Shown here: positions 10,425-23,292 of the stretch, piece after piece | How positions within the stretch are numbered: the first letter of the stretch is position 1 | Layout: each line of letters starts with the position of its first letter | Origin: Eledone cirrhosa | Taxonomy: Eukaryota | Direction of reading: 5' to 3' | Assembly (NCBI GenBank): GCA_964016885.1 | Contig: OZ024742.1 | Location: 273,482,001 to 273,546,000 of the forward strand | DNA: 64,000 bases | The notes under the pieces: model-generated | What the model was told of the DNA's origin: nothing | The model's database searches: none | The model's input: the letters and a program-made list of their open reading frames with translations, nothing else | Program-made: the position numbers and the translations under genes

Positions 10425-12870
10425 TATTTATAAAATAACAGATTAAAGTTTAAGCAAAGAATCGCTAAGTATTTCGAAGTTGATATCATCCTCAATGCCC
10501 GAAAGTCGGTGATTAATTTCGACGACTCTATTTGGATAAAAAAATCCAATAGCACCCCAATCGACGTGAGCATTGGCGCTAGTGATTCTGCGGAGGTTAC
10601 TTATCTTATCGGCCTTTTCGTTCTTTTCTCTATCAAGGACGAATTTCCCAACGCGGGCGGTGGTTTGTACCGTGACGATGGTCTTTTGACCATGACTAAG
10701 TGCGGACCTCGTGCTTGCGACAGGTTCAGAAAAGAACTCACAGCCTTCTTTAAAGGCTTCAACCTCTCTATACAGGTTGAGGCCAATCTCTCGGTCGTTT
10801 ATTACCTTGACGTTACCCTCAATTTATTGAATGGGTTGTAATACCCGTATAGAAAGCCGAATGATACGCTTAATTACATAAGAAAGCATTCCAACCATCC
10901 TGCCAGCATAACCAAGAACCTGGTAAGAAACGTTTCGTTGAGGCTTTCCCGTCTTTCCACCAACGAGCGTATTTTCAACGACCATTCCACTATTACTATG
11001 AAGCCCTTGCTCGAAGTGGATTTGTCGATAAGGTAGCATATACAGAGTACGAAAATAGACCTAGAAGAAATAGATCCCGTCGCATTTGTTGGTATAACCC
11101 ACCATATAACATGCAGGTGGCCACACCATTAGCTAAGATCTTTCTTTCCCTTATTACGAAGTATTTTCACCCTACACATAAATATAGTAAAATGTTTATA
11201 GAAATACTATTAAAATTTCTTACTCTACGACTCCTAACCTTGCACACAACATCACAGCTTCAAATTTAGCTAAACTACCTAGGCGTAGGAACACGTGCAA
11301 CCCGGTAGTTAGTACTAACTGTAATTGTAGGAATCGGGTTGATTGCCCCCTATCCGGGAAATGCCTCTCTAGTAATATTGTCTACAAATGTAAGGTTGTA
11401 ACATCCACGTCCAGTAGGGCCTACATAGGGTTAACCGCCAATAGATTCAAGCAGCGTCTTTACACGCATCCCCATTCTTTTCGTTACCCTCTAAGAAGGA
11501 ATATGACGTCACTTTCAGCTTATATCTGGAGTCTAAAAGACAACCACACCCAATATAAGTTACACTGGGAGATCCTAGCTAGGACTAGATCGTATAACGG
11601 AAATAAAAGACCTTGTGACCTCTGCGCCGCTGAGGCCCTGGAAATACTATACGCCACAGACCACATCTTAAACAAAAAATCTGAGGCAATTTCGGCTTGT
11701 AAACATAATTTGAAAAAAGCTTTCCTGTATTACAGCCCCACGTTATACCCTAATGGATAGTACCATCTATACGTGGATATTTTACGTCTTGATGAGGGAG
11801 CTATGTATATGTTTTGTTTATACCCTTACTTATTTGCATAGGTAAGTATATTTACCCGTATGTTTCGTGAAGGTACTTATACCTTCTCGTATGTATATTT
11901 GATTGTTTATGTTATGGCGTATAAACTCTTTTTATTTTTTTTTTTATTCTGGTACTTATGGTTTGACTATGTGTATACGGGAGTTTTGCGTCTGTGGGTG
12001 TATGAAGGTTCGTACGTATGTAGGGTGTGTGTATATGTCTACTTCATGTTTTGGTTGACTTTCGTCTCCGAACATTCGTGTATTTACATGTAGGTATGTG
12101 TGTGCGCTTGTTATTTACGTATTTATTTATTTATATACGTTTATATAATTATATATTTATTTATTTGTATACACGCATACACACACACACATATTTATAT
12201 GTGTGTGGTTTTGTATACATATGGTAAGTGTCTTGCGTATGCTTGTGTATGTACGTTTTTGTTTGCGTGTATGTATTTATTTATTTCTATTACTTCTGTA
12301 TTGTATTTATTTACTTTGTTCATAACTCTGTAGCGGAGATTCATTCGGTCTCCTAGTTAGAATTTTAGTCTACGACTTCTGCTATACCATTTACGTGGTT
12401 TTCTCTTTGCGTGCTATTGTTCTTCACGTTCCACATATGACGTATTATCTTCATTTTTTTCGTTCATTGCCAAAGAACGTCTCTATGAACCACCTAAGAG
12501 AACATTAGTCTACGGCCTCATTATACCATAAACGTGGTTCTGTCTTTGCGCGTAATTGTTTTTCACCGCTCCTATTAATGACGTATCTTACTCGTTTTTT
12601 CCCGTTCTCTGCCAGCGAACGTTACCACGAACCAAAGTATCGTCTTCCTGTCTTCCTCCGGTCGCAACGATTTTTGAAATATCCACTTCTGCGTTTAGAG
12701 ATTCACGTTGTTAGTTTCAGAAGATCCCGTTAAGGGTGAAAGCAGCGATTCTTCGCTTAAACTTTAATCTGTTATTTTATAAATATTTGCTCTACGGTTC
12801 CTATATATTTGATATATATTTATCCTTATCGAGCCCTCTTTGGATTTTAGTCTTGAAATTTATTATTATT
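10425..12870 (+). mobile_element. Penelope-like element, Hydra-clade-like, 5'-truncated, with an inverted pLTR piece at its 5' junction
   Basis: GASDSAEV..GGLYRDDGL..YLDVTLNL (10509..10841), WYNPPY, CNCRNRVDCPLSGKC, AYIGLT, CDLCAAE; 10425-10466 is the reverse complement of 12744-12785. Confidence 0.92.
12713..12763 (+). ncRNA. Hammerhead-fold motif with CAGAAGA (U4-to-A) core in the pLTR
   Basis: AGTTT-CAGAAGA-T-CCC-gttaa-GGG-T-GAAA-GC..GC-TT-AAACT; paralogues at 18131-18180 (-) and 21960-22012 (+). Confidence 0.7.
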
Positions 12871-12871
12871 A

Positions 12872-12903
<32 letters not shown>

Positions 12904-13346
12904 TATATATCCACTCCCGCTGCTGGTCACTTTCTCTCGGCTGGCCCCTTCCTCACACTTTCACTCACTACCCCTCTGCTTCTTCCCCTCCCTCACTTCC
13001 TCCCGTCTGACCTGCTTGAATTTCTTTACTCTCTCAATCTTTTCGCGGCTCGGACGTATCTATTTTCTCCTCGTCAATTTGATTTGTCGGACTTAAGCCC
13101 ACAGGATTCATCAACTTGTCTCTATTTTCCTCTCTTTACGTTGCATACTACGATGTGTTTGTTTCCTTCCCTCTGTTTTCCCCCTGTCCCGATAACTTAA
13201 TTGAGTTATCGCGCGCACTGATTTTAGGTATCTATTCTTTAATGCGTCGAAATACCAACGATAATCAACAGACTACTGCTGAGGACATTTATCTCTTGGT
13301 CTATTTTTATTTATATGTTCGCAACAACGCAGCAATCCATTCTTCA

Positions 13347-13348
<2 letters not shown>

Positions 13349-13418
<70 letters not shown>

Positions 13419-13437
13419 ATAGTACAACGTATCTATA

Positions 13438-13480
<43 letters not shown>

Positions 13481-13481
13481 A

Positions 13482-13533
<52 letters not shown>

Positions 13534-13540
13534 CATATAT
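13349..13540. repeat. (TA)n and (TCTA)n microsatellites
   Basis: Direct reading. Confidence 0.95.
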
Positions 13541-13628
13541 CTGTGGTGTGTGTGTGGGTGTGTATAAAGAACAAAGAGGGTGTGGTAAGATACCAGAGAG
13601 CTCAATACTTAGTGTAGTAGAGTGGGTA

Positions 13629-13771
13629 ATAGGGAAAGAGTCAAGACCCCACGGACGAGCTCCGGCCTTTTCGACAGCCAAATCCGAACTAAGCGACCTA
13701 ATGCTGGTGAGTTAGTCCGGATCTAGCTGTCTAAACGGCTGGATCTCAGTTGCCGGGCTCCTGATTCTTTT

Positions 13772-13776
<5 letters not shown>
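13629..13776. repeat. Imperfect ~148-bp palindrome built from the 3' half of the 5325/7116 hammerhead family
   Basis: Right arm TTAGTCCGGATCTAGCTGTCTAAACGGCTGGATCTCAGTTG resembles 7162-7202; left arm 13629-13696 is its reverse complement. Confidence 0.7.
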
Positions 13777-13827
<51 letters not shown>

Positions 13828-16375
13828 ATGAACCTTAACACATACAATAATTTCATTCAGCGTGAACTACACAAAAAATACAAAAAAAAAAATGAATCCA
13901 CACTCACCAGCATTAATAGGGAGAGTCTTAGATTAGTAAATAAACTCGGAATATCCGATAGAACCGAGCCTCTAACCCCTTGGAACACCACATTTAATCT
14001 TAAGGGTCACAAAAATAATTTTGAAGCAAATCCTATTATCAGATTAATATGCCCATCTAAGTCGGATATAGGTAAAATTAGCAAGAATATTCTAGATAGG
14101 CTAATCGCACAAATAAAGGGAAAACTAGAAATCAGTTTATGGGGTAACACTAACGAAGCGATTGTATGGTTCTGTAAAATAGGAAATAGAGAAGCATGTA
14201 ACTTCATACAATTCGATATAAATGATTACTACGCATCCATATTCCCAGCCACTCTAGATAAAGCCCAAAATAACTCCGCTCTTATCCCTGATGAAATTGA
14301 AATAATTCTAGCTGCTAGAAGGACTATCATAACATTTGAAAATAGGTATTGGGTAAGAAAAGATAGGGTAAACAGCTTCGATATCACAATGGGGTCGAAC
14401 GATTCAGCGCAAATCACTGACGTCGTGGGATTATTTATATCACACAACCTACATAAAGAATTCAGCAACCTCCAAGGAGGGATTTATAGAGATGACACAC
14501 TCCTTATAGCTAGGAACTTAAATAACCAGAGCATAGAAAGATTAAGAAAAAGCATTAGAACATTCTTCAAAAAACTAGGCCTAAGTATTACCTACGAACT
14601 GAATCATAAAAAGGCAAACTTTCTAGATGTGACTCTAAATCTAAATACGGGATTAATAGAACCCTTCCACAAAAATAATGAAAATCTGGCCTACATTAGT
14701 TATAACTCAAACCACCCCCAGTCCATAATCAGATCCATAGCACGTAGTATATCCCTTAGAATATCCCGCTTATCCTCAAACCTAGGAATGTTTAATGAGC
14801 ATGCTAACTATTATAACGCGACATTACATAGGGCCGGACACAAAGAAAAGCTACAGTTTATAACGGATAAAGACAACTCAAACAAACCCACTAACACTGA
14901 CACCAACCGCTCACATAAAAATAGAGGTAACCGGACTAGACATAGAGGTAGACAAATAGCACCTAGAGTAGCTGGTCCAAACACGAATAATGTAAACCCT
15001 AGAAGAATTAGAGAAAGAAAATACCTGTGGTTTAATCCAATCTTCAACACCTCTGTAAAAACTAGACTGCCTTCTACGTTTTTAAACTAATAGATAAGCA
15101 CTACCCTATATCACATAGATATCATAAAATCCTCAATAGAAAAAATTTTAAAACTCTCATACTCTACGGCTGCAAATATAGAATCCCACATACACAAGAT
15201 CAACCACAGAAATACCTCTATGGAAACCACCTCACCTCTGCGCATCATAGCTCCAAATTCTAAACATAAACACATCACCGTATCACAACCGCGAACGCAT
15301 ACGAGCGCGCCGCAGCAAAACCTCAACGAGCATGAATCACAACCCACTTATAGGAGTGTACAAAACAAAGGTATGGAAGCTGCACGGAACAACACCTCAA
15401 ACTGCAATTGTCACCTACCAGATAGGTGCCCATTGGCGAAAAGGTGCCTTGATTCGAGCCTAGTGTACATGTGTACGGTGAACTCGGGCAACTCCACTTG
15501 GCATTACATTGGATCCACCGCGGGTACATTTAAAAAAAGATGGTATGTGCACAGACATTCGATGAAGAACCGTGCACTAATAGGTTCTACAACCCTCGCC
15601 AAAAAAATCTGGAAATTTAAGGACAAAAACATGAACTACAATATCAACTGGTCGACGTTGTCGGCCGCAAGAGTATACAGTACCGGTATGTCCTATTGTA
15701 GACTCTGCGACCTTGAATTATTGTATATCCTTAGGAACGATAAAAGGCTACTTCACAACAAAATAGAAAGGTCAATTTTCTGTAGACAGAGGATCGCTAC
15801 TAAATTCACAAAATTTAAGCCACCATGATTCGAACCAACATAACTTAGCATTCAACATATGAAATCCGCACTCTCACACAGACCACCACAGACCTATAAT
15901 ATTCTTTAAACAGCTTCTAGCCTCCTTAATTCTATACCACAGTAATGTCTGCAAATATCTTATCAACACATAAATATATCTCTTCTCGGCTGCTGTCAAC
16001 ACCACCTCCTCACTCTTGAGTTTCAACAGATGAACTTAATTCTAAGTACATTATTTGACTACTACCACAGTCCTTGAAATATCACCTTCCTCCTGTTGTT
16101 ATAATGAACACCCCAATGTATCCGTAATAGTATTCATCAAGTTCTCTCTATATATACCTTGCTTCCTTAACCTTTGTATTACCTTATTGCCTATTTCTTG
16201 ATTTATTATTACTCCAAGTGTAAACTACATAGAAATCACCGCGTACTCGCAGCATCACCATGGAAACGTCTTGTTGAGTCAAACTTAGCCAAGAGTTAAT
16301 ACTATACACTACTCGGAGTACCATAACTGGACTACATCTAAGTGGACTACCTATAACAATAATTTGTTATACCGT
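13828..16375 (+). mobile_element. Penelope-like element, Hydra-clade-like; long RT plus GIY-YIG ORF with one frameshift near 15087, 5' end lost in (TA)n
   Basis: ORF 13828..15090: RLICPSKSDIGKISK, FIQFDINDYY, MGSNDSAQ, GGIYRDD, FLDVTLNL, SNHP, WFNP. ORF 15220..15828: CNCHLPDRCPL, LVYMC, HYIGST, CRLCDLE. Confidence 0.95.
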
Positions 16376-16628
16376 ATATATATATATATATATTGAAAGA
16401 ATGAGGAGTAACATGGTTGGCTATACAATAAGGGGCTTTATCTCATGTACTGTCAATTGTTTCATTGATCAGGTGAGTCTAGAGGTCGCTAATCGTTTGA
16501 AGTTGCGTCACTCGCTGCATAACTATGTAAGCAACTTGTTGAGTCGAACAAAGCCGTACGTTAAAACTATCCACGACACAGAGTACTCACAGCCTCTAAC
16601 TGGATTACCTATAACGATAACATGTTAT

Positions 16629-16682
<54 letters not shown>

Positions 16683-16779
16683 CATATATATATATGAATA
16701 TATATATATATAATGTATATATATATATGTTTATTTATTTATATTGTATTCATTTATTCTTGTCTGCGTTTGCGCATGC

Positions 16780-17729
16780 GCAGAGAAATATAAGACCCTC
16801 ATAGAGACAATCATGACAGGGTTCTTCCCATTGTACAGGAGTAAATCATAAAATACCATAGATAGGACTAAACATAAGATAGGGAAAGCCACCTCATTGT
16901 ACGACAAACTAAGATACCAGACTGTCATGTTCGTGGGTGCAACCTCTGGACTTGAAATAGCTAACCAATTTAGAAAGACACCCAATAGAGATCCATTTCA
17001 AGATTAAAATGGTAGAAAATCCAGGAACTACCATCAAATCCCTGATCAGCAAATCTTACCCTTTTAAGAAAATCCACTGCACTGATAAAAAATGCCTTAT
17101 ATGTAAAATAAATCTACAAATAAATTGTAAACCTACAAATGTATTCTACAAATGTATTCTATACAGAGCGTGCTTGCAGAAACATGACAACGACATACAT
17201 AGGAGGGACAGCTTGGTGCATGGGGAAGAGCTAGACCAAAAGTAAGTTGAACTAAAAGGACCAAAAGACTCAAAACTAAATGGGCACGCTAGACTAAGAC
17301 ATGATCGTAATATAGACAGCATAGAATTTAAAATACAATCTAAACATAGAAATAACTTCAGAGGTAGGCAAATCAGAGATCCAACGGAAAGAGAACTGAG
17401 AAAACTAAAGTTGAAGAGAAGAGATGATTGATATAACAACAACGACAACCATACATAAACACAGTATTGTGATATAAGATAAATATAAATAAAAATACAC
17501 AAGTACAATAACAACAGCCACACATAAACACAAACTGGTAAATTATTAAACATGCGCACACAGATTCAAACATGAATACACACCAAACAGAAAACACACA
17601 CAGAAACGCATGCGTTAACAGAGACAAAATTAAATTAAAAAATAGAATAAACATTACAAAACAATGGGCGGAAAGATGATAGTACCACTGATGATGTCAC
17701 ATGTGTGTGATGAAAGAACATTGATAGAC

Positions 17730-17825
<96 letters not shown>

Positions 17826-18054
17826 TATCTATATTTTTTAACTATTGGTCAATCATTGATGATCATTGATTCCCATCTAAATTAACAATAGGGATATAGA
17901 ATATACGGAAGCTAAAACCAATCAAAACCAAAGAGTGAGTGTGTGTTATTATATATTTCTGTCAATATTATAACAATATAAACCTCCCCAAATATAACAA
18001 TAAATGTTTCAACACACAATTTCATGTCTAAAAGCATGCCAAAAATATTCATCA

Positions 18055-18055
<1 letters not shown>
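16780..18055 (+). mobile_element. Penelope-like element 3' fragment (Nematis-like zinc linker), same family as 26470-27455
   Basis: YQTVMFVGAT..KIKMVENPGTTIKSLISKSYPF..CTDKKCLIC..NCKPTNV; hammerhead remnant at 17683-17726; tail 17980-18050 resembles 43030-43100. Confidence 0.78.
17683..17726 (+). ncRNA. Degenerate minimal hammerhead
   Basis: TACCA-CTGATGA-T-GTCAC-atgtgt-GTGAT-GAAA-GAAC-AT-TGATA; U16.1 is lost; paralogue of 27240-27284. Confidence 0.55.
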
Positions 18056-18107
<52 letters not shown>

Positions 18108-18110
<3 letters not shown>

Positions 18111-20240
18111 TTATTAAAATAACAGATTAAAGTTTAAGCAAAAATCGCTGCTTTAACCGTTAACGGGATCTTCTGAAACTGAAAAAATCAATCAGGGAAC
18201 GCAGCAGTGAATATTTCGAAAAACGTTGTAACTGAGGGAAAACAGGAAGACGATACTTATATTTAGTGGAGACGTTCCCTGGCAAGGAACAAAAAAAAAA
18301 GCGAAAAAAGCAAAAAAAAATACGTCAATATGTGGAGCGTGAGAATAATTACACGCAAAGACAAAACCACGTATATGGTATAAATGAAGTCGTACACTAA
18401 AATTCTATTTCGGAAACCGAATGATTCTCGGCTTCCGAGTTAAGATTAATGTAAATAAATTACAGAGGTTATTGAAATCAACAATATTAAAATACATGCA
18501 CGCATCCAAATACGTACATACCCATGCATAAGTCCATATTCAAGCGCATGCACAAAAACACTTGTACACATACAAAAAACCGCGCACACCTGTACCAGCA
18601 CACATATGATCGTATACACCAAATTTACATAAATATATAAAACAAATAAATATTCGTGCGTGTATGTGTGCGTGCATACATATAATTATATAAACGTATA
18701 TAAATATATTCACATAGATACGTATATAACGCGAGCACACACATACCTACAAGTAAATACACATATGTACGCTAAACGTACGTGAACCCAAAACACAAAG
18801 TACATATATACACACCCTACAAACGTGAAAACCCGCACACACACACAAACGCAAAATACACGTATACACAGAACCATATATACACGTAACAATATATATA
18901 ATATAATATATACACCAATAACAAATACAAGCAAATATAAGTACGAGAAAGTATACGTACCTTCACAAAACATACAACTAGTATATACTTACCTATACAA
19001 ATAAGTAATGGTATAAACATAAAATATACTTAACTACCACATCAAGACGTAAATTATCCGCATATTGTTCGTACTATCCGTTAGTGTATAATGTGGGGCT
19101 TTAATACAGGAAAGTGTTATGCAATTCATGTTTACAAGCTGAAATTGCCTGATATTTTTTGTTTAAGATATGGTCATTGGCGTAGAGTATTTCCAGGGCT
19201 TCAGCGGCACAGAGATCACATGGTCTTTTATTTCCATTATACGATCTAGCTTCAGCTAGGATCTCCCAGTGTAGCCTATATTGGTTGTGGTTGTCTTTTA
19301 GACTCCAGCTGTAAGCTGAAAATGACGTCATATTCCTTCTTAAAGGGTTAAGATCTTAGCTAATGGTGTGGCCACCTCTATATTATATGGTGGATTATAC
19401 CATATAATGCGCCGGGATATATTTTCCTTAGGTCTATGCTCATACTCGGTATATGCTACCTTATCGACAAACACACTCCGAGCAAGAGCTTCATTCTGAA
19501 ATGTGGAATGGTCGGTGAAAATATGCTCGTTTGTAGAACGACGGGAAAGCCTTAAAGAGAAGTTTCTTACCAGGTTCTTGGTTATGATGGGAGGTTGGTT
19601 GGAATGCTTACTTATGTAAATAGGCGTATCATTCGGCTTTCTATACGGGTATTGCAAGCGATTCGACAAATTGAGGGTAACGTCGAGGTAATTAATGACC
19701 GAGAGGTTGGCCTCAACCTGTATGGAGAGGTTGAAGCCTTTAAAGAAGGCTGTGAGTTCTTTTCTGAACCTGTCGCAAGCGCGTGGGCCGCACATAGTCA
19801 TGGTTAAAAGACCATCATAACGGTACAAACTACCGCCCACATTGGGGAAGGTCTTCCTTGATAGAGAAAAGGAGGAAAAGGCCGATAAGATAAGTAACCT
19901 CTGCAGAATCGCTGGCGCCCATACTGACATCGAATGGGGTACTAATAGATTTTTTAATCCAAATAGAGTCGTCGAAATTAATCACCGATTTACGTGCATT
20001 GAGGATGACATCAAATCGAAATCCTTAACCACCGTGAGCGTTTAAGGGAAATTGATAGCTCTAAGAAGAAATGGTAAAGTGATGGAGGAGTAGTAATTAT
20101 TGATGTCGAATTGGATAAAACGGCAATGTTCCTTGTTGTATATGCCGTTAAACCAATCAAACACCGCGAAAGAATTTTTCCACAGTGCAAGAGGGGCCAA
20201 GCTTCTAATTTCAGGTATAATTCTATCTAAAATCCTTTGA
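18108..20240 (-). mobile_element. Penelope-like element, same family as 10425-12870, with an internal deletion near 19350
   Basis: ORFs 19340..19930 (LYRYDGLL, YLDVTLNL, WYNPPY) and 19101..19331 (CDLCAAE); RFIQFDINNYYS at ~20085-20125; hammerhead remnant at 18131-18180. Confidence 0.92.
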
Positions 20241-22120
20241 GCATAGACCTAGGAAAAATAGATCCCGACGCATGATATGGTATAACCCACCATATAATAT
20301 GGAGGTGGCCGCACTATAACCTAATATCTTTCTCTCGCTTATTAAGAAGCATCCCCCCCCCCCCAGCAAATAAATATAATAACATTTTTAATAGATATGC
20401 CATTAAAATGTCTTACTCTACGACTCCTAACATTGCACATAACAACACTGCTTCAAATTTAGCTAAATTACCTAGCCATAGGAAAACGTGCAACCCTGTA
20501 GATAGTACTAATTGTAATTATAGGAATCGGGTAGACTGCCCCTATCAGGGAAATGCCTCTCCAGTAACATTGTCTACGCATATAAGGTTGAAAGACCCAC
20601 GTCCCGTAGGGCCTACATAGAGTTAACTGCCAATAGATTCAAGCAGCCTCTTTACATGCATACCCATTCTTTTCTTAACCCTTTAAGAAGGAATATGACG
20701 TCACTTTCAGGTTATATCTGGAGTCTAAAAGACAACCACACCCAATATAGGTTACACTAGGGGATCCTAGCTAAGCTAGATCGTATATTCGAAATATAAG
20801 ACCAAGCGACCTCTGCGCCGCTGTAGCCCTGGAAATACTCTACGCTAATGACCACATTTTAAACAAAAAATCTCAGGCAGTTTAGGCTTGTATTACAGCC
20901 CAACATTATACCCTAACGGATACTGCGAACAAAACGCTGATTATTTAAGTCTTGATGTGGTACCTAAGTATATTTCAGGGTTATACCATTACTTATGTGT
21001 ATAGGTATGTATATATTACCTGTATGTTTTTTGAAGGTACCTATACTTTCTCGTACGTATATTTGCTTCTATTTGTTATAGGTGTATATATTATATTATA
21101 TTATATATACTGGTACATGTGTATACTAGTATTTTGCTTTTGTATGTGTATACAGGTTTGCACGTATGTAGGGTGTGTATATGTGTTATGGGTTGACGTA
21201 CGTTTAGCGAACATATGTGTATTTACCTGTAGGTAAGTGTGTGCGCGCGTTATATACGTATTTACGTGCGTATATTTATCTACGTTTATATAATTATATG
21301 TATACACGCACACATACACACGCATATATATATATTTATTTTAAATATATTTTATGTGTATTCGGTGTATACGTTAATATGTGTGCTGTTACAGGTGTTG
21401 CGCGTGTTTTTGTATGTGTGCACGTGTTTTTGTGTACGGGCTTCTATATGCATACCCATGGCGGGTGTTTTCGCGTATGCATGTGTATGTACGTATTTGG
21501 ATGCGTGTAAGTATATATTTAATTATTGTTGATTTCAATAACCTCTGTAGTTTATTTACATTATTCTTAACTCTGAAGCCGAGAATCATTCGGTTTTCGA
21601 AATAGAATTTTAGTCTACGACTTTATTTCTACCATAAACGTGGTTTTGTCTTTGTGTGTAATTGTTCTCAGCCTTCCACATAATGACGTATTATCTTTGC
21701 TTTTTTCCGTTCATTGTCTGAGAACGTCTCCACGAACCATCTAAATAAAATATTAGTCTAGGACTTCATTTATACCATAAACGTGGTTTTGTCTTTGCGT
21801 GTCATTGTTCTTAACGCTCCAAATAATGACGTATTATCTTCGTTTTTTTTCGTTCATTGCCAGGGAACGTCCCCACAAACCAAAGTATCGTCTTCATGTT
21901 TTCCTTCGGTTGCGACGTTTTTCGAAATATTTACTTCTGCGTTCACAGGTTGATTTTTTCAGTTTCAAAAGATCCCGTTAAGGGTGAAAGCACTGATTAT
22001 TTGCTTAAACTGTAATCTGTTATTTTAATAAATATTTGATCTAGGCTTCTTATATATTTGATATATAATTATCCATATCGAGCCCTGTTTGTATTTAAGT
22101 CTTCAAATATATTATAATTA
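20241..22120 (+). mobile_element. Penelope-like element 3' half, head-to-head with 18108-20240
   Basis: WYNPPY, SYSTTPN and GIY-YIG remnants; 3' UTR aligns with 11760-12870; hammerhead remnant at 21960-22012. Confidence 0.92.
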
Positions 22121-22140
22121 CTATATATATATATATATAT

Positions 22141-23072
22141 ATAGTAGAATAATCGAGTATCGAAAAATCGGCGCACGAGTTCACGATAAACAAAATTCGA
22201 AATGAGCGGCAGAGGGCTCAATAATTCAGATAAATCAGAGCTATAACTATCGTTAAAATACCGTCACACATAGAACAAGTCTATAATCAACCATACGACC
22301 GAAAAATTGCGATCTGGAAGATTCGGGACACTCAGATAAAAAAATCAATAAATCAATAAATCAAATGAATGTAAAAAGCATACCCGGACCCGCTAGAAAG
22401 ATGGTAAATCTAGCTTCTTGGGTTTCTGTAAATCCTTAAACTGCCCTCTATCAGCTCACATAAAAATATATAAGACTTCTAGATGCCAGCGGACGGGAAT
22501 TTACTTCCTCAACGAGCCTTTGTCCGAACGAATGAAAGGCATAACCCAGGCTAAATACGCACATGGAATTCAGCAAGGGAGATAACCTCTATATCCGCAA
22601 AAAATATTCAGGAAAATGTGGAAATACACATATCGAATAAGAGTGCTCAATAGACATGTTAAAATAAACAGGAGCTATTCATCATTTAATAGAATCGACA
22701 AAAAATGAACAATAAAATTAACTGGTCAATAGCTAGGTCTAGAGCTAAATATAGTTGAATAATCGAGTATCGAAAAATCGGCGCACGAGTTCACGATAAA
22801 CAAAATTCGAAATGAGCGGCAGAGGGCTCAATAATTCAGATAAATCAGAGCTATAACTATCGTTAAAATACCGTCACACATAGAACAAGTCTATAATCAA
22901 CCATACGACCGAAAAATTGCGATCTGGAAGATTCGGGACACTCAGATAAAGAATCAATAAATCAATAAATCAAATGAATGTAAAAAGCATACCCGGACCC
23001 GCTAGAAAGATGGTAAATCTAGCTTCTTGGGTTTCTGTAAATCCTTAAACTGCCCTCTATCAGCTCACATAA
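22141..23072 (-). mobile_element. Non-coding retrozyme-like partial tandem (repeats 22141-22463 and 22751-23072; 610-bp period)
   Basis: Near-identical direct repeats, (TA)n flanks, large hammerhead at 22382-22517, no ORF. Confidence 0.72.
22382..22517 (-). ncRNA. Large type I hammerhead with UUGAGGA (U3:G8) core
   Basis: GCTCG-TTGAGGA-A-GTAAAT(T)CC...GGATTTAC-A-GAAA-CCC..GCTAGA..TCTAGC-GGG-TC-CGGGT. Confidence 0.65.
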
Positions 23073-23189
23073 TATATATATAGTACTTTTATATATATAC
23101 TTTTTCCTATTTCCCACACTACTACCCTAAGTATTGACCACTGTGGTGCGTTATGGTCCATCTGGTTCCTTACCACAATTCCTTTGTTT

Positions 23190-23267
<78 letters not shown>

Positions 23268-23292
23268 CATTATATATACACACTTATATATA

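Noticed and set aside
13225-13310. GAAA followed by a long hairpin (ACCAA/TTGGT, GATAA/TTATC) and CUA, like a hammerhead stem III
   Set aside because: No matching CUGANGA-type core or stem I partner could be found upstream.
16445-16480. Minus-strand CTGATCAATGAAACAATTGAC resembling a hammerhead
   Set aside because: No stem II, no U16.1 and no stem I pairing.
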